From Candidatus Micrarchaeota archaeon (lineage in GTDB: Archaea; Micrarchaeota; Micrarchaeia; Micrarchaeales; CABMGC01), in NCBI GenBank assembly GCA_021803945.1, contig JAJZKW010000001.1, positions 77,127 to 141,126 of the forward strand: a stretch of 64,000 bases of DNA. Reading direction: 5' to 3'. The position numbers and the translations under genes were made by a program. Of the stretch, positions 1 through 7,405 are shown one piece after another. The notes beneath the pieces were generated by a model. That model searched no databases. It was not told the DNA's origin and was given only the letters and a program-made list of their open reading frames with translations. Position 1 is the stretch's first letter. Each line of letters opens with the position of its first letter.

Positions 1-352
1 GTGCAGAAAGGGTCAGGAGTGTGAATGCCAGCCCTGCGCTTGGTCCGGAAACATTCACTCCGTTCGAGCCTATCGTGATGTTGAAGTCGTAGGAGCCCTT
101 TTTCAGTCCAAGGTCTGCTGTAGCATAGCCAATTGCTGTCTGTATCGACTGGAGAGTGTTGTTTGCGACATCCGGGCTGCCGCCGTTTACAGTCACAGTG
201 CCGTTCCCAGGGGTTGCGTTGAGTGTTATGCCAGTCAGCGCCCCCCTGTCTATGCCTATCAGCACTGCCGGGGCATTGATGTGTGTCGTGTAGGCGTAAG
301 ACTGGGCCGAAAAGAGGAGGAAGAATACGATTAGAGACTTGTAAATATCCAT
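1..352 (-). CDS. Secreted Lon-type (S16-like) serine protease domain protein, 5' part only (runs off window start)
   Basis: Minus-strand ATG at 352-350. My translation is MDIYKSLIVFFLLFSAQSYAYTTHINAP...NVSGPSAGLAFTLLTLSA: a signal-like hydrophobic N-terminus, then the GPSAG catalytic-serine motif of Lon proteolytic domains. Not in the ORF track because it is open at the window edge. Confidence 0.5.
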   Translation of the reverse strand, partial: MDIYKSLIVFFLLFSAQSYAYTTHINAPAVLIGIDRGALTGITLNATPGNGTVTVNGGSPDVANNTLQSIQTAIGYATADLGLKKGSYDFNITIGSNGVNVSGPSAGLAFTLLTLSA

Positions 353-389
353 ACCAAGCTATTCTTCAAATAAAAATATAAACCTATTT

Positions 390-1646
390 TCAGAACTCCG
401 TTATCCTCTTCTGCGCATTCTTGCCCCTCTCCTCCTTTACCTCGTTGAATATGTCTATCATCCCGAATACCCCGTCGTATCCAGGTATGACCTTCGCCCG
501 GTCTTCTCTCACCAGCCTTATCGCCTTTCCTAGGTCCTTGTCGACCTCGCTTATCTCCTCTATACTAGATTTCAGGAGTATGTTCATCTCGCTGCCGAAT
601 CTCTCTATCAGTTTTGCATAGGCGTTTTGCACGTAAGCCGATGTCTGGCTCTTTTTTGTCACATACGCTATTACTTCCCGAAGCGGTATGGCGTGTGCAT
701 AAGGGACGGCCCCTTCAGGCCTGGCTCCCTCCTCCCTGTCAGCGAGAGCATTTACCCTGTGCAGCACTCCTATTGTCAGCCTCTTCCCGCATTTTGGACA
801 CATGTCCCCATACTTTCCTGCCTCTTCAGGAGTAAGCGACACGCCGCAGTTCCTGTGCCCGTCGAAATGGTATTTTCCCTCTTCAGGGTAGAACTCGACG
901 GTGAGCTTGAGCTCCTTGCCCTTTATCTTCCCTACAAGCCCCTTGTAGTTCACCTCTTTGCCTTCCATATCGAGTATTATTGCTTCACGGCCTATCTTCG
1001 GGAGAGAATGCGCATCGCTACCTGATATCAGGGTGTATTTATCAAGGCCGGATATCCTCCAGTTCATCGGAGGATCGCTCGAAAGGCCTGTCTCGTATGC
1101 GTGTACGTGTTTTGCCTGGTCCTCGTATGCCTCGTCTATGGAATTGAAGCCGGAGAAGGCGCCGAGCGCCCCGAACCACGGCGTCCAGAGGTGCGCTGGG
1201 AAAACGAATATGCCCTCGTCTATCCTGAACAGGTCCTCGACCAATCCTGCAGGCGTGATCTTGTTAAGCACAGGCCTGCCGTCGCTTGCAAGATCGCCGA
1301 ACCTTGAAAGGTGCATGTTTACCTGCTCCGCCACTTCAATGCTTGGCGCGAGTATGCAGTGATGTATCCTCCTGACCTTCCCTGACCTGTCCTCGAATAT
1401 CGTGCATACCTCTGAGCTCAGCACAAATCTGGCGCCTTCAGCCCTGCCTTTGAGGGTGTATAAGCCCCTGTCCCCTTCCATGCTGTTTTTTATTTCGGAG
1501 AGCCATCTTGGGTGCGTGAAGTCCCCTGTCCCTATTATGCCGATGCCCTTCTCCCTTGCTGTGGCGTCCATGTTCTCCAGAGTGAGCTGGCTGCTGCAGG
1601 CCATCGCGTACTTGGAATGGATGTGCAGGTCTGCGATGACTTCCAT
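390..1646 (-). CDS. Endonuclease Q-like PHP-domain nuclease
   Basis: 418-aa ORF. PHP-type motifs DLHIHSKY, GTGDFTHPRW, FPAHLWTPW, GSDAHS. C-terminal zinc ribbon CPKCGKRLTIGVLHRV and VIPGYDGVFG. Colinear with archaeal EndoQ as I recall that family. Confidence 0.7.
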   Translation of the reverse strand: MEVIADLHIHSKYAMACSSQLTLENMDATAREKGIGIIGTGDFTHPRWLSEIKNSMEGDRGLYTLKGRAEGARFVLSSEVCTIFEDRSGKVRRIHHCILAPSIEVAEQVNMHLSRFGDLASDGRPVLNKITPAGLVEDLFRIDEGIFVFPAHLWTPWFGALGAFSGFNSIDEAYEDQAKHVHAYETGLSSDPPMNWRISGLDKYTLISGSDAHSLPKIGREAIILDMEGKEVNYKGLVGKIKGKELKLTVEFYPEEGKYHFDGHRNCGVSLTPEEAGKYGDMCPKCGKRLTIGVLHRVNALADREEGARPEGAVPYAHAIPLREVIAYVTKKSQTSAYVQNAYAKLIERFGSEMNILLKSSIEEISEVDKDLGKAIRLVREDRAKVIPGYDGVFGMIDIFNEVKEERGKNAQKRITEF

Positions 1647-1650
1647 AGGC

Positions 1651-2139
1651 CTACATCTTGTATCCTATCTCTCTTAGGAACTTCCTCCTCTTTGCCCTCT
1701 CCTCGTCTCCTTCTATGCCTTTAGGCGCAGATCCGTCGACCACTCCTATCATGCCCCTGCCCTGCCCCGTCTCTGCCACAACAACCTGCACAGGGTTTGC
1801 CGTAGAGCAGTATATGCTCAGCACTTCGCTGACATTCTTTACAGCATTGTTGACGTTTATCGGGTATGCGCTCTTGAAAAGTACCACAAACACATGCCCC
1901 GCGCCTATAGCAAGGGCATTCTTCTCTGCCAGCCTCTTCAGTTCCTGGTCATTGCCCTCGCTCCTTACCAGGCACGGCCCGCTGGCTTCTATGAATGCGA
2001 GTCCGAACCTTATACCTGGCACAGAGCCTACAAGGGCCTCGTACAGGTCCTCGGCTGTCTTTATGAACCCCGCGTGCCCTATCATTATCTGGCTCTCCCC
2101 GTCCTTCTCCATCTCTATTATTTTTATTTCTGCAGTCAT
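1651..2139 (-). CDS. Adenosine-specific kinase-like protein (DUF355/PF04008-type)
   Basis: 162-aa ORF, 4 nt downstream of the EndoQ-like gene. GHAGFIKTAEDLYEAL...GAGHVFVVLF...NPVQVVV pattern is typical of this small archaeal family. Confidence 0.5.
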   Translation of the reverse strand: MTAEIKIIEMEKDGESQIMIGHAGFIKTAEDLYEALVGSVPGIRFGLAFIEASGPCLVRSEGNDQELKRLAEKNALAIGAGHVFVVLFKSAYPINVNNAVKNVSEVLSIYCSTANPVQVVVAETGQGRGMIGVVDGSAPKGIEGDEERAKRRKFLREIGYKM

Positions 2140-2155
2140 AATTCCAACTCCCCTG

Positions 2156-3445
2156 TCACGGCTTGAGCCTTATCCTGTCCCTTGGGAAGAGCGAGCATTC
2201 CCTTATGTTCTGCATGCCAGTGAGCTTCATGGTAAGCCTCTCCAGCCCAAGGCTCCACCCCGCATGCGGCGGGGCGCCCTGCCTAAAGGCGTTTATGTAG
2301 AACTCGAACTCCTTAGGGTCAAGCCCGTGCTCTTTTATAGACTGTATGAGTGTCTCTGGTATGTGTATTCTTTGCGCTCCGCTCGAGATCTCAAGGCCTT
2401 TGTATATCAGGTCGAAGCTGTTGCAGACCGACCTGTCCCTCTCGTTGGGCATGCTGTAGAACGCCCTCACACTTGATGGGTATTCCTTTACCACTACGAG
2501 CTCTCCTAGCAGCCTGCATAGCGCTTCCTCGTGCTCCCTGTTCAGGTCCTGTCCGAATTCAAGTTCACTGCCGTTTGCATTGAGCAGCCCAAGCGCCTTC
2601 TTGTACGTTATCTCCTTTATCACAGGCTTTGAGAGCGATACATTGAGCCTCTCAAGGTCCATGCCGTTCTTCTTAGCCACATCGTTTATTATCCCTTTGA
2701 CTACCTTCTTGAGCAGCTTTATTGCGTCCTTGTGGTCTGCGAATCCCATCTCAGCGTCCATCTGTGTCACCTCGTTTAGGTGGAACACCGTGTTGTGCTT
2801 CTCTGCCCTGAACACCGGCACTACCATGAAAACCCTATCCATGCCTCCCACTACTGCAAGCTGCTTGTATAATTGCGGAGACTGCGCAAGGAAGGCCTTC
2901 TTCTCGAAGTAGTCAACAGTGAAGAGGTCCGCTCCGCCCTCAGTCGCAGCTTCTACAAGCACAGGCGTACGTATCTCGGAGAAACCCTCCCTTAGCATCG
3001 TGCTCCTGAAGGAATTCAGTATCGTGGACTGTATGTTGAATATGGATGTGGTCTCGATCCTTCTCAGGTCTATCTGCCTGTTGTCGAGCCTTACGTCTAT
3101 CTCTGCCGCAACCTTGCCCGTCACCTCGAACGGTATTGCGGCTTCAAGAGGGTTCAGGTTCTTCACCTCTAGAGGCACTATCTCGAAGCCAGCCTTGCTC
3201 TCCGAGCTCCTCTTAACCGTCCCTCTTATCCTTATTACGCTCTCCTTTGGAAGATTCATCGACTTAATTATGTCGTCTGAAACAACGCCCTCCTTGCCTA
3301 TTACCTGCGCTATCCCGCTGCGGTCCCTGAGGAGTATGAAGACTATCTTGCCTATGTTCCGTACCTCATGCACCCAGCCGGCTATGACGACCTCCTGCCC
3401 GTCCATCTCAGGGCTAAGTTCGCTCACATAATGGGTCCTGTACAA
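2156..3445 (-). CDS. aspS: Aspartyl-tRNA synthetase, archaeal/eukaryal type (no GAD insertion)
   Basis: 429-aa ORF. N-terminal OB fold GWVHEVRNIGKIVFILLRDRSG. Class II motifs FRAEKHNT...HLNEVTQMD, GLEISSGAQRIH and PPHAGWSLGLERL. Confidence 0.85.
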   Translation of the reverse strand: MYRTHYVSELSPEMDGQEVVIAGWVHEVRNIGKIVFILLRDRSGIAQVIGKEGVVSDDIIKSMNLPKESVIRIRGTVKRSSESKAGFEIVPLEVKNLNPLEAAIPFEVTGKVAAEIDVRLDNRQIDLRRIETTSIFNIQSTILNSFRSTMLREGFSEIRTPVLVEAATEGGADLFTVDYFEKKAFLAQSPQLYKQLAVVGGMDRVFMVVPVFRAEKHNTVFHLNEVTQMDAEMGFADHKDAIKLLKKVVKGIINDVAKKNGMDLERLNVSLSKPVIKEITYKKALGLLNANGSELEFGQDLNREHEEALCRLLGELVVVKEYPSSVRAFYSMPNERDRSVCNSFDLIYKGLEISSGAQRIHIPETLIQSIKEHGLDPKEFEFYINAFRQGAPPHAGWSLGLERLTMKLTGMQNIRECSLFPRDRIRLKP

Positions 3446-3512
3446 TGTCTGCAGTGAAACACCGGTATTATCATATCCGATAAAACTAATAAATGTTGTC
3501 CGCTATTTCATA

Positions 3513-3887
3513 GTGCATTGCATGGCAAAGGCAGCGGATCTCATGGAGAGGCATTTGGTAGGCGTGTCGCGCACCACAAAGGTAGCCGCAGCCCTGAAGT
3601 TGTGCCGCACTTCCAAGGTCAACCTGATGCCTGTAATCGAGGATAATGTCCTGTGCGGCATAGTGTTCGAGGCAGACCTCGAGGCCCACAGGGATTCGAA
3701 TACAGACGTAGGGAAGATAATGAGGAATCCGATCTTTGTCGAAGCGGATTCAAGCATAGAGAGGATATCAAGGACGATGATAGAGAACGGGGTAGGAAGG
3801 ATACCCGTAGTCCAGAGCAGGAACAAGATGATATGCCTTGGCATGCTGAGCTCTACGGGCGTGCTAAGGCACATAAAGAAACATTAG
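3513..3887 (+). CDS. CBS domain-pair protein
   Basis: 124-aa ORF with two CBS-like units (LMPVIEDNVLCGIV..., GVGRIPVVQSRNKMICLGMLS). Confidence 0.6.
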   Translation: MHCMAKAADLMERHLVGVSRTTKVAAALKLCRTSKVNLMPVIEDNVLCGIVFEADLEAHRDSNTDVGKIMRNPIFVEADSSIERISRTMIENGVGRIPVVQSRNKMICLGMLSSTGVLRHIKKH

Positions 3888-3904
3888 AATAAAGCTTGGG
3901 ATGC

Positions 3905-4213
3905 TCACTTCGCCAGAGTTATCTCTATGGAGCTTACCTTCGAACGCGTTCCGTCCTCATTTGAGAGCTCCTCGGAGCCTATGGCAATCTCATCCACCTT
4001 GGCATCCGTTACGAACCTGTTCCTTGAGATCTCAGCTACATCCACAGCCCTTGATATGGCATTGCCCCGTGCGCGTATCTTTACGCTCTTAACACCGCTA
4101 TTGAACTGGGTAACCACTGCCAGGACGTAGTTCATCGGCGGCTTCTTCCCTACCAAGACCACATTCCCAGGCATGCCCTCTGCCACTCCTCCCTCTTCGT
4201 ATTGTTCTGCCAT
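3905..4213 (-). CDS. albA: Alba DNA/RNA-binding chromatin protein
   Basis: 102-aa [25 protein letters not shown]...[22 protein letters not shown] matches the Sso10b/Alba core almost position for position. Confidence 0.9.
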   Translation of the reverse strand: MAEQYEEGGVAEGMPGNVVLVGKKPPMNYVLAVVTQFNSGVKSVKIRARGNAISRAVDVAEISRNRFVTDAKVDEIAIGSEELSNEDGTRSKVSSIEITLAK

Positions 4214-4434
4214 TTTTTCATCCCTGTGTTTTGTTGAAGCGTATTATTGATTGTGTGCAGCAGTTATTATTCCAGTATGCCTGAAGGTGCAATACCAGGT
4301 TTTTTCACTAACTTTTCTCCCAGCAAAATATATATGCATTTTGCTGTTGCACAAACGCTGGTTTTGGCCTATTCCACGGTAATCGTACTGTTACCTTTTC
4401 CGGCCTCCTGACAGGAGCGCAGTTCAATAACCCC

Positions 4435-4469
4435 TATTCCAGGCGTTTAATGATGTGACAGCCGAACTG
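4435..4469. repeat. Direct repeat (distal copy) duplicating the last ~11 codons plus stop of the parvulin gene
   Basis: tattccaggcgtttaatgatgtgacagccgaactg vs 5399-5433 tattctaggcgtttaatgatgtgatagccgaattg, 32/35 identical, same orientation. The minus-strand reading of the distal copy is QFGCHIIKRLE*, versus QFGYHIIKRLE* in the real gene. Confidence 0.85.
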
Positions 4470-4496
4470 GCGAGTACATCCTTGAATACAGAGACG

Positions 4497-4811
4497 CTAG
4501 GCTCTTAATTGATTCAACAATCTAATAAGTTCATTGAAAACCAGTATTTTCTTGGGTTTATCCAAATGAAATAATATCTTTATTATTCTTTTTTCGGATA
4601 TAGTAAAGATGTAGTTTAATTTGATCACGCTGTCCTTTATTGCACCTTCTGTTCTTGTTATAGGGATTCCTTTCATCTCAGGATTACTGGTTATGCCAGC
4701 AACTACAATATTTCCTAGGTTCTGAAATAATACTAACGCAGGTCTCTTTTTAGCTCCACTGTCATCTGTAAACGGAATGGTAGTTAGTATTACATCTCCG
4801 ACCTTAGGCAT
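4497..4811 (-). CDS. PemK/MazF-family toxin (type II TA endoribonuclease)
   Basis: 104-aa ORF. PKVGDVILTTIPFTDDSGAKKRPALVLF...VVAGITSN matches the MazF/PemK N-terminal signature. Confidence 0.7.
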   Translation of the reverse strand: MPKVGDVILTTIPFTDDSGAKKRPALVLFQNLGNIVVAGITSNPEMKGIPITRTEGAIKDSVIKLNYIFTISEKRIIKILFHLDKPKKILVFNELIRLLNQLRA

Positions 4812-5034
4812 TCTCCCATGCCTCGTCTGCTTTATTGTCCCAAAGTTCCCTCATTTTCTCTTTTTGAGCTTCCATGACAAATTTGTCAAATTCTTCCTTC
4901 TCTTTTTCATTTTTTATGAACTCAATAAGATAGGATATTACATCGCTATAGGTCTCCCTACGGTACTTTTTGGCCTTATTAAGTTCTTCTACAACAGTTT
5001 TTTTTATTTGTATTGTAGTAACATCATTTTCCAT
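4804..5034 (-). CDS. Putative antitoxin (RHH-like) of the MazF-type module
   Basis: 76-aa ORF overlapping the toxin start by 8 nt. TIQIKKTVVEELNKAK...ETYSDVISYLI resembles RHH/CopG-type antitoxins, and the C-terminus is acidic. Confidence 0.5.
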   Translation of the reverse strand: MENDVTTIQIKKTVVEELNKAKKYRRETYSDVISYLIEFIKNEKEKEEFDKFVMEAQKEKMRELWDNKADEAWENA

Positions 5035-5397
5035 TATATCTACCTATAGTTAATATATAACAACTTATATATAAGCCTTTTGCTTGCCAAAACAGGGAAG
5101 TGACATCCCCCCACCCGTAAACGGTGTGGGCTTCCAATGGTGTCTTTTTGATTGATAAAAGTAATCTTTGATAAACTTGCAGAAAGAGCAGATAAAGGCA
5201 GGGCACTTTCCGTAGAGTTGCAAAATATGCCATTTGGAACCTATGGACAGTTTAAGGATAGGTATGGCGTTCCGTGGAAATTCAAAGGAGATAAGAAAGA
5301 ATAAATACGCCGTGCTTATTCTCCAAGGTGGCTTCTGAAACATAGACACCACATTAGTAGAGAGCAGTAGACTCGCATACTCTATTTTCAATAAACC

Positions 5398-5673
5398 TTA
5401 TTCTAGGCGTTTAATGATGTGATAGCCGAATTGCGTCCTTACAATGCCAGACACCTGGCCTTTCTCAAGCGCAAATGCCGCAGACTCGAACTCCTTCACC
5501 ATCACTCCCCTTCTGAACGTCCCGAGGTCTCCTCCTCTCCTCCTAGACCCATCTATCGAATACTGCTCTGCGAGCTTCGAGAATGACTCTCCCTTGCCTA
5601 TCTTTGCAAGGATCTCCTTCGCCAGCTGCTCCTTCTCCACAAGTATGTGCGCGCATCTTATCTCGTTTGTCAT
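5398..5673 (-). CDS. Parvulin-type peptidyl-prolyl cis-trans isomerase (PpiC-like)
   Basis: Last 91 aa of the 248-aa track ORF. MTNEIRCAHILVEKEQLAKEI...GGDLGTFRRGVMVKEFESAAFAL...QFGYHIIKRLE is a complete single parvulin domain. ATG at 5673-5671 verified in sequence. Confidence 0.8.
   Translation of the reverse strand: MTNEIRCAHILVEKEQLAKEILAKIGKGESFSKLAEQYSIDGSRRRGGDLGTFRRGVMVKEFESAAFALEKGQVSGIVRTQFGYHIIKRLE
5399..5433. repeat. Direct repeat (proximal copy) = genuine 3' end of the parvulin gene
   Basis: See 4435-4469. Confidence 0.85.
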
Positions 5674-5681
5674 ATATACAC

Positions 5682-6431
5682 CTAATCCTCCCTCCACTTC
5701 GACTTCTTTATGGCAAGCCCTGCCACTATGGCGGAGACTATGATTATCACTGCCCAGTCTATTAATATTGTGGTATTGCTGAACGAAATGAGCCCGGTTG
5801 CGTTCTGTACGATCTCCGCAGCGTATGTCGCAGGCGAGATGTATGCAAGATAACGGAAAGGCAGGGGGATGAAGGTTATGGGATAATATACTGGCGGCAG
5901 GGCCGATATTATCGTGGACACTATCCCGGAGAATGCCCAGCTCTGCACTATGTCTGACGAATATGTCGAAAGTATGAAACCAAGCGATACAGAGAACACG
6001 AACATTATCGCAAGCACTGCTATTATGGCCAGATAGCCAGCCGCATTCGAGCTTATGTAAAGGGCCGCAAGCACTGCGAGTACTATCAAGGCCGGCATAG
6101 AGTACACTATCTCGGACAGCGCCATCCCCACAAGGTAGATCCACGAGCTTGTGGGCGAGCTTACGACCATGTCCTGCACCTTGAAGTCGTTCTTGAGGTG
6201 CGAAAGGTCCTGCTGGAGGCTCGTCCCAGCAGATATCATGGTCATTATCAGCGCGCCTCCTACTGCGATAGGTAGCAGCGAGCCGCGGCTGACGAAAGTG
6301 ATCACTATCAGTAGTGAGAACGGAGCAAGAAGCGTGCTGATGAGAACTATCGGATAATTTATCATGGCATATATGGCATTAACCATGATCGACGCGTTTA
6401 GCTGGCTAATAAGGCTTCTCTTCATCTTCAT
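5682..6431 (-). CDS. ABC-2 type transporter permease
   Basis: 249-aa ORF with about six hydrophobic segments. It overlaps the end of the upstream ATPase gene. Confidence 0.65.
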   Translation of the reverse strand: MKMKRSLISQLNASIMVNAIYAMINYPIVLISTLLAPFSLLIVITFVSRGSLLPIAVGGALIMTMISAGTSLQQDLSHLKNDFKVQDMVVSSPTSSWIYLVGMALSEIVYSMPALIVLAVLAALYISSNAAGYLAIIAVLAIMFVFSVSLGFILSTYSSDIVQSWAFSGIVSTIISALPPVYYPITFIPLPFRYLAYISPATYAAEIVQNATGLISFSNTTILIDWAVIIIVSAIVAGLAIKKSKWRED

Positions 6432-7335
6432 ACTGCTCCTCCTCTATGGGCTTTTTGACTATATAATAGAATATATCCTCAAGGGCAAGGGGATTCATCG
6501 AAAACCGCACCTTCCTGTCTATCAGCTCCTTTGACAGCCTGTTCGCCTCGCTTTCAGTAGTGACTATCTGGTACTGTCCATCGACCCCTCTTATTATGTC
6601 ACCGTATTTAGGCTTTATCATTCCTGTTTTTGAGAGTATCTTTATGCTGTACGGGTATTTCACCTTCCTCCTAAGCTCTTCCATTGTGCCGAGTGCCATG
6701 ATCTTTCCGCCTTCAAGTATGCCTATCTTGTCTGCAAGCTTCTCCGCCTCTTCCAGATAGTGCGTGGTCAGGAATATGAAATGATCCTTTTTCAGCTTCA
6801 TCAGGGTCTTCCATAGCTCGTCCCTAGATATCGGGTCAAGCCCAGTAGTGGGCTCATCAAGGAAGAGTATCCTGGCTTCCGATGACATTGCCATTGCGAC
6901 AAGCACCTTCCTCTTCGTCCCGCCGGAAAGGACTCTGTTCGGGCTGTCCATATACTTCTGTATGCCAAGCCTCTTCATGGCTTCATTCATCCTGTGCGTG
7001 GACTCCTTTATGGAGAATCCGCGCCACATCAGGTACGACACTATGAACTGCTTCGGAGTCACCCATCCGACAGCCCTGGCCTCCTGCGGTACGCAGGCTA
7101 TTATGTCCCTGAGCCTTCCCTCCTGTTCCACCACGTCTATTCCGTCTATAGTTGCGCTTCCGGATGTAGGGAGCAGCTGCGTAGAAAGGATGCGTATCAG
7201 CGTTGTTTTGCCTGCGCCGTTCCTACCTATAAGTGCAAATATGCCCTTCGCAGGTATTGAGAAGTTCACATCGCTAAGGGCGTACTTGCCTTTCTCGTAT
7301 CTCTTCGATATATGGTCGCAGATAAGCGTCTTCAT
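6406..7335 (-). CDS. ABC transporter ATP-binding protein
   Basis: Walker A GRNGAGKTT, signature LSGGTKRKV, Walker B ILFLDEPTTGLD. The track ORF starts at 7353, but I prefer the MKTLICDHI start at 7335 given the upstream TATA-like element. Confidence 0.85.
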   Translation of the reverse strand: MKTLICDHISKRYEKGKYALSDVNFSIPAKGIFALIGRNGAGKTTLIRILSTQLLPTSGSATIDGIDVVEQEGRLRDIIACVPQEARAVGWVTPKQFIVSYLMWRGFSIKESTHRMNEAMKRLGIQKYMDSPNRVLSGGTKRKVLVAMAMSSEARILFLDEPTTGLDPISRDELWKTLMKLKKDHFIFLTTHYLEEAEKLADKIGILEGGKIMALGTMEELRRKVKYPYSIKILSKTGMIKPKYGDIIRGVDGQYQIVTTESEANRLSKELIDRKVRFSMNPLALEDIFYYIVKKPIEEEQYEDEEKPY

Positions 7336-7375
7336 TAGAAAACCTAAGCACACTTATAATGAATCCATATCAAAA

Positions 7376-7384
7376 TTTATATAA
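7376..7384 (+). promoter_or_regulatory. TATA box candidate for valS (leaderless-type spacing)
   Basis: tttatataa is centred ~26 nt upstream of the valS ATG at 7406, in the 52-70 nt divergent intergenic region shared with the ABC operon. Confidence 0.4.
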
Positions 7385-7405
7385 GTGCTAGTGCAATAGA
7401 GGAGC

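Larger units (their letters stand above)
4470..5398. mobile_element. AT-rich ~0.93 kb inserted cassette (MazF-type TA module plus ~360 nt unassigned), probable remnant of an integrated element
   Basis: Bracketed by the 35-bp direct repeat. My spot count of 4861-4920 gives 16/60 G+C, against roughly 43-63% in spot counts of core genes. No integrase ORF is visible. Confidence 0.55.

Noticed and set aside
1658-2476. 272-aa plus-strand ORF
   Set aside because: It is entirely antisense to two well-supported minus-strand genes (the adenosine-kinase-like gene and aspS). It has low-complexity Ser/Pro/Leu-rich composition and no motifs. It is a shadow ORF.
5065-5391. 108-aa minus-strand ORF in the unassigned tail of the MazF cassette, and a 49-aa plus-strand alternative (…KVIFDKLAERADKGRALSVELQNMPFGTYGQFKDRYGVPWKF…)
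   Set aside because: Neither shows a recognisable motif or a clear start context. I left the region unannotated but flagged it as part of the insert.
5398-6144. 248-aa minus-strand ORF taken at face value
   Set aside because: Only the last 91 aa form a parvulin domain. The upstream 157 aa overlap the ABC permease gene in another frame and look like random Cys/His/Arg-rich sequence. I trimmed the gene to 5398-5673.
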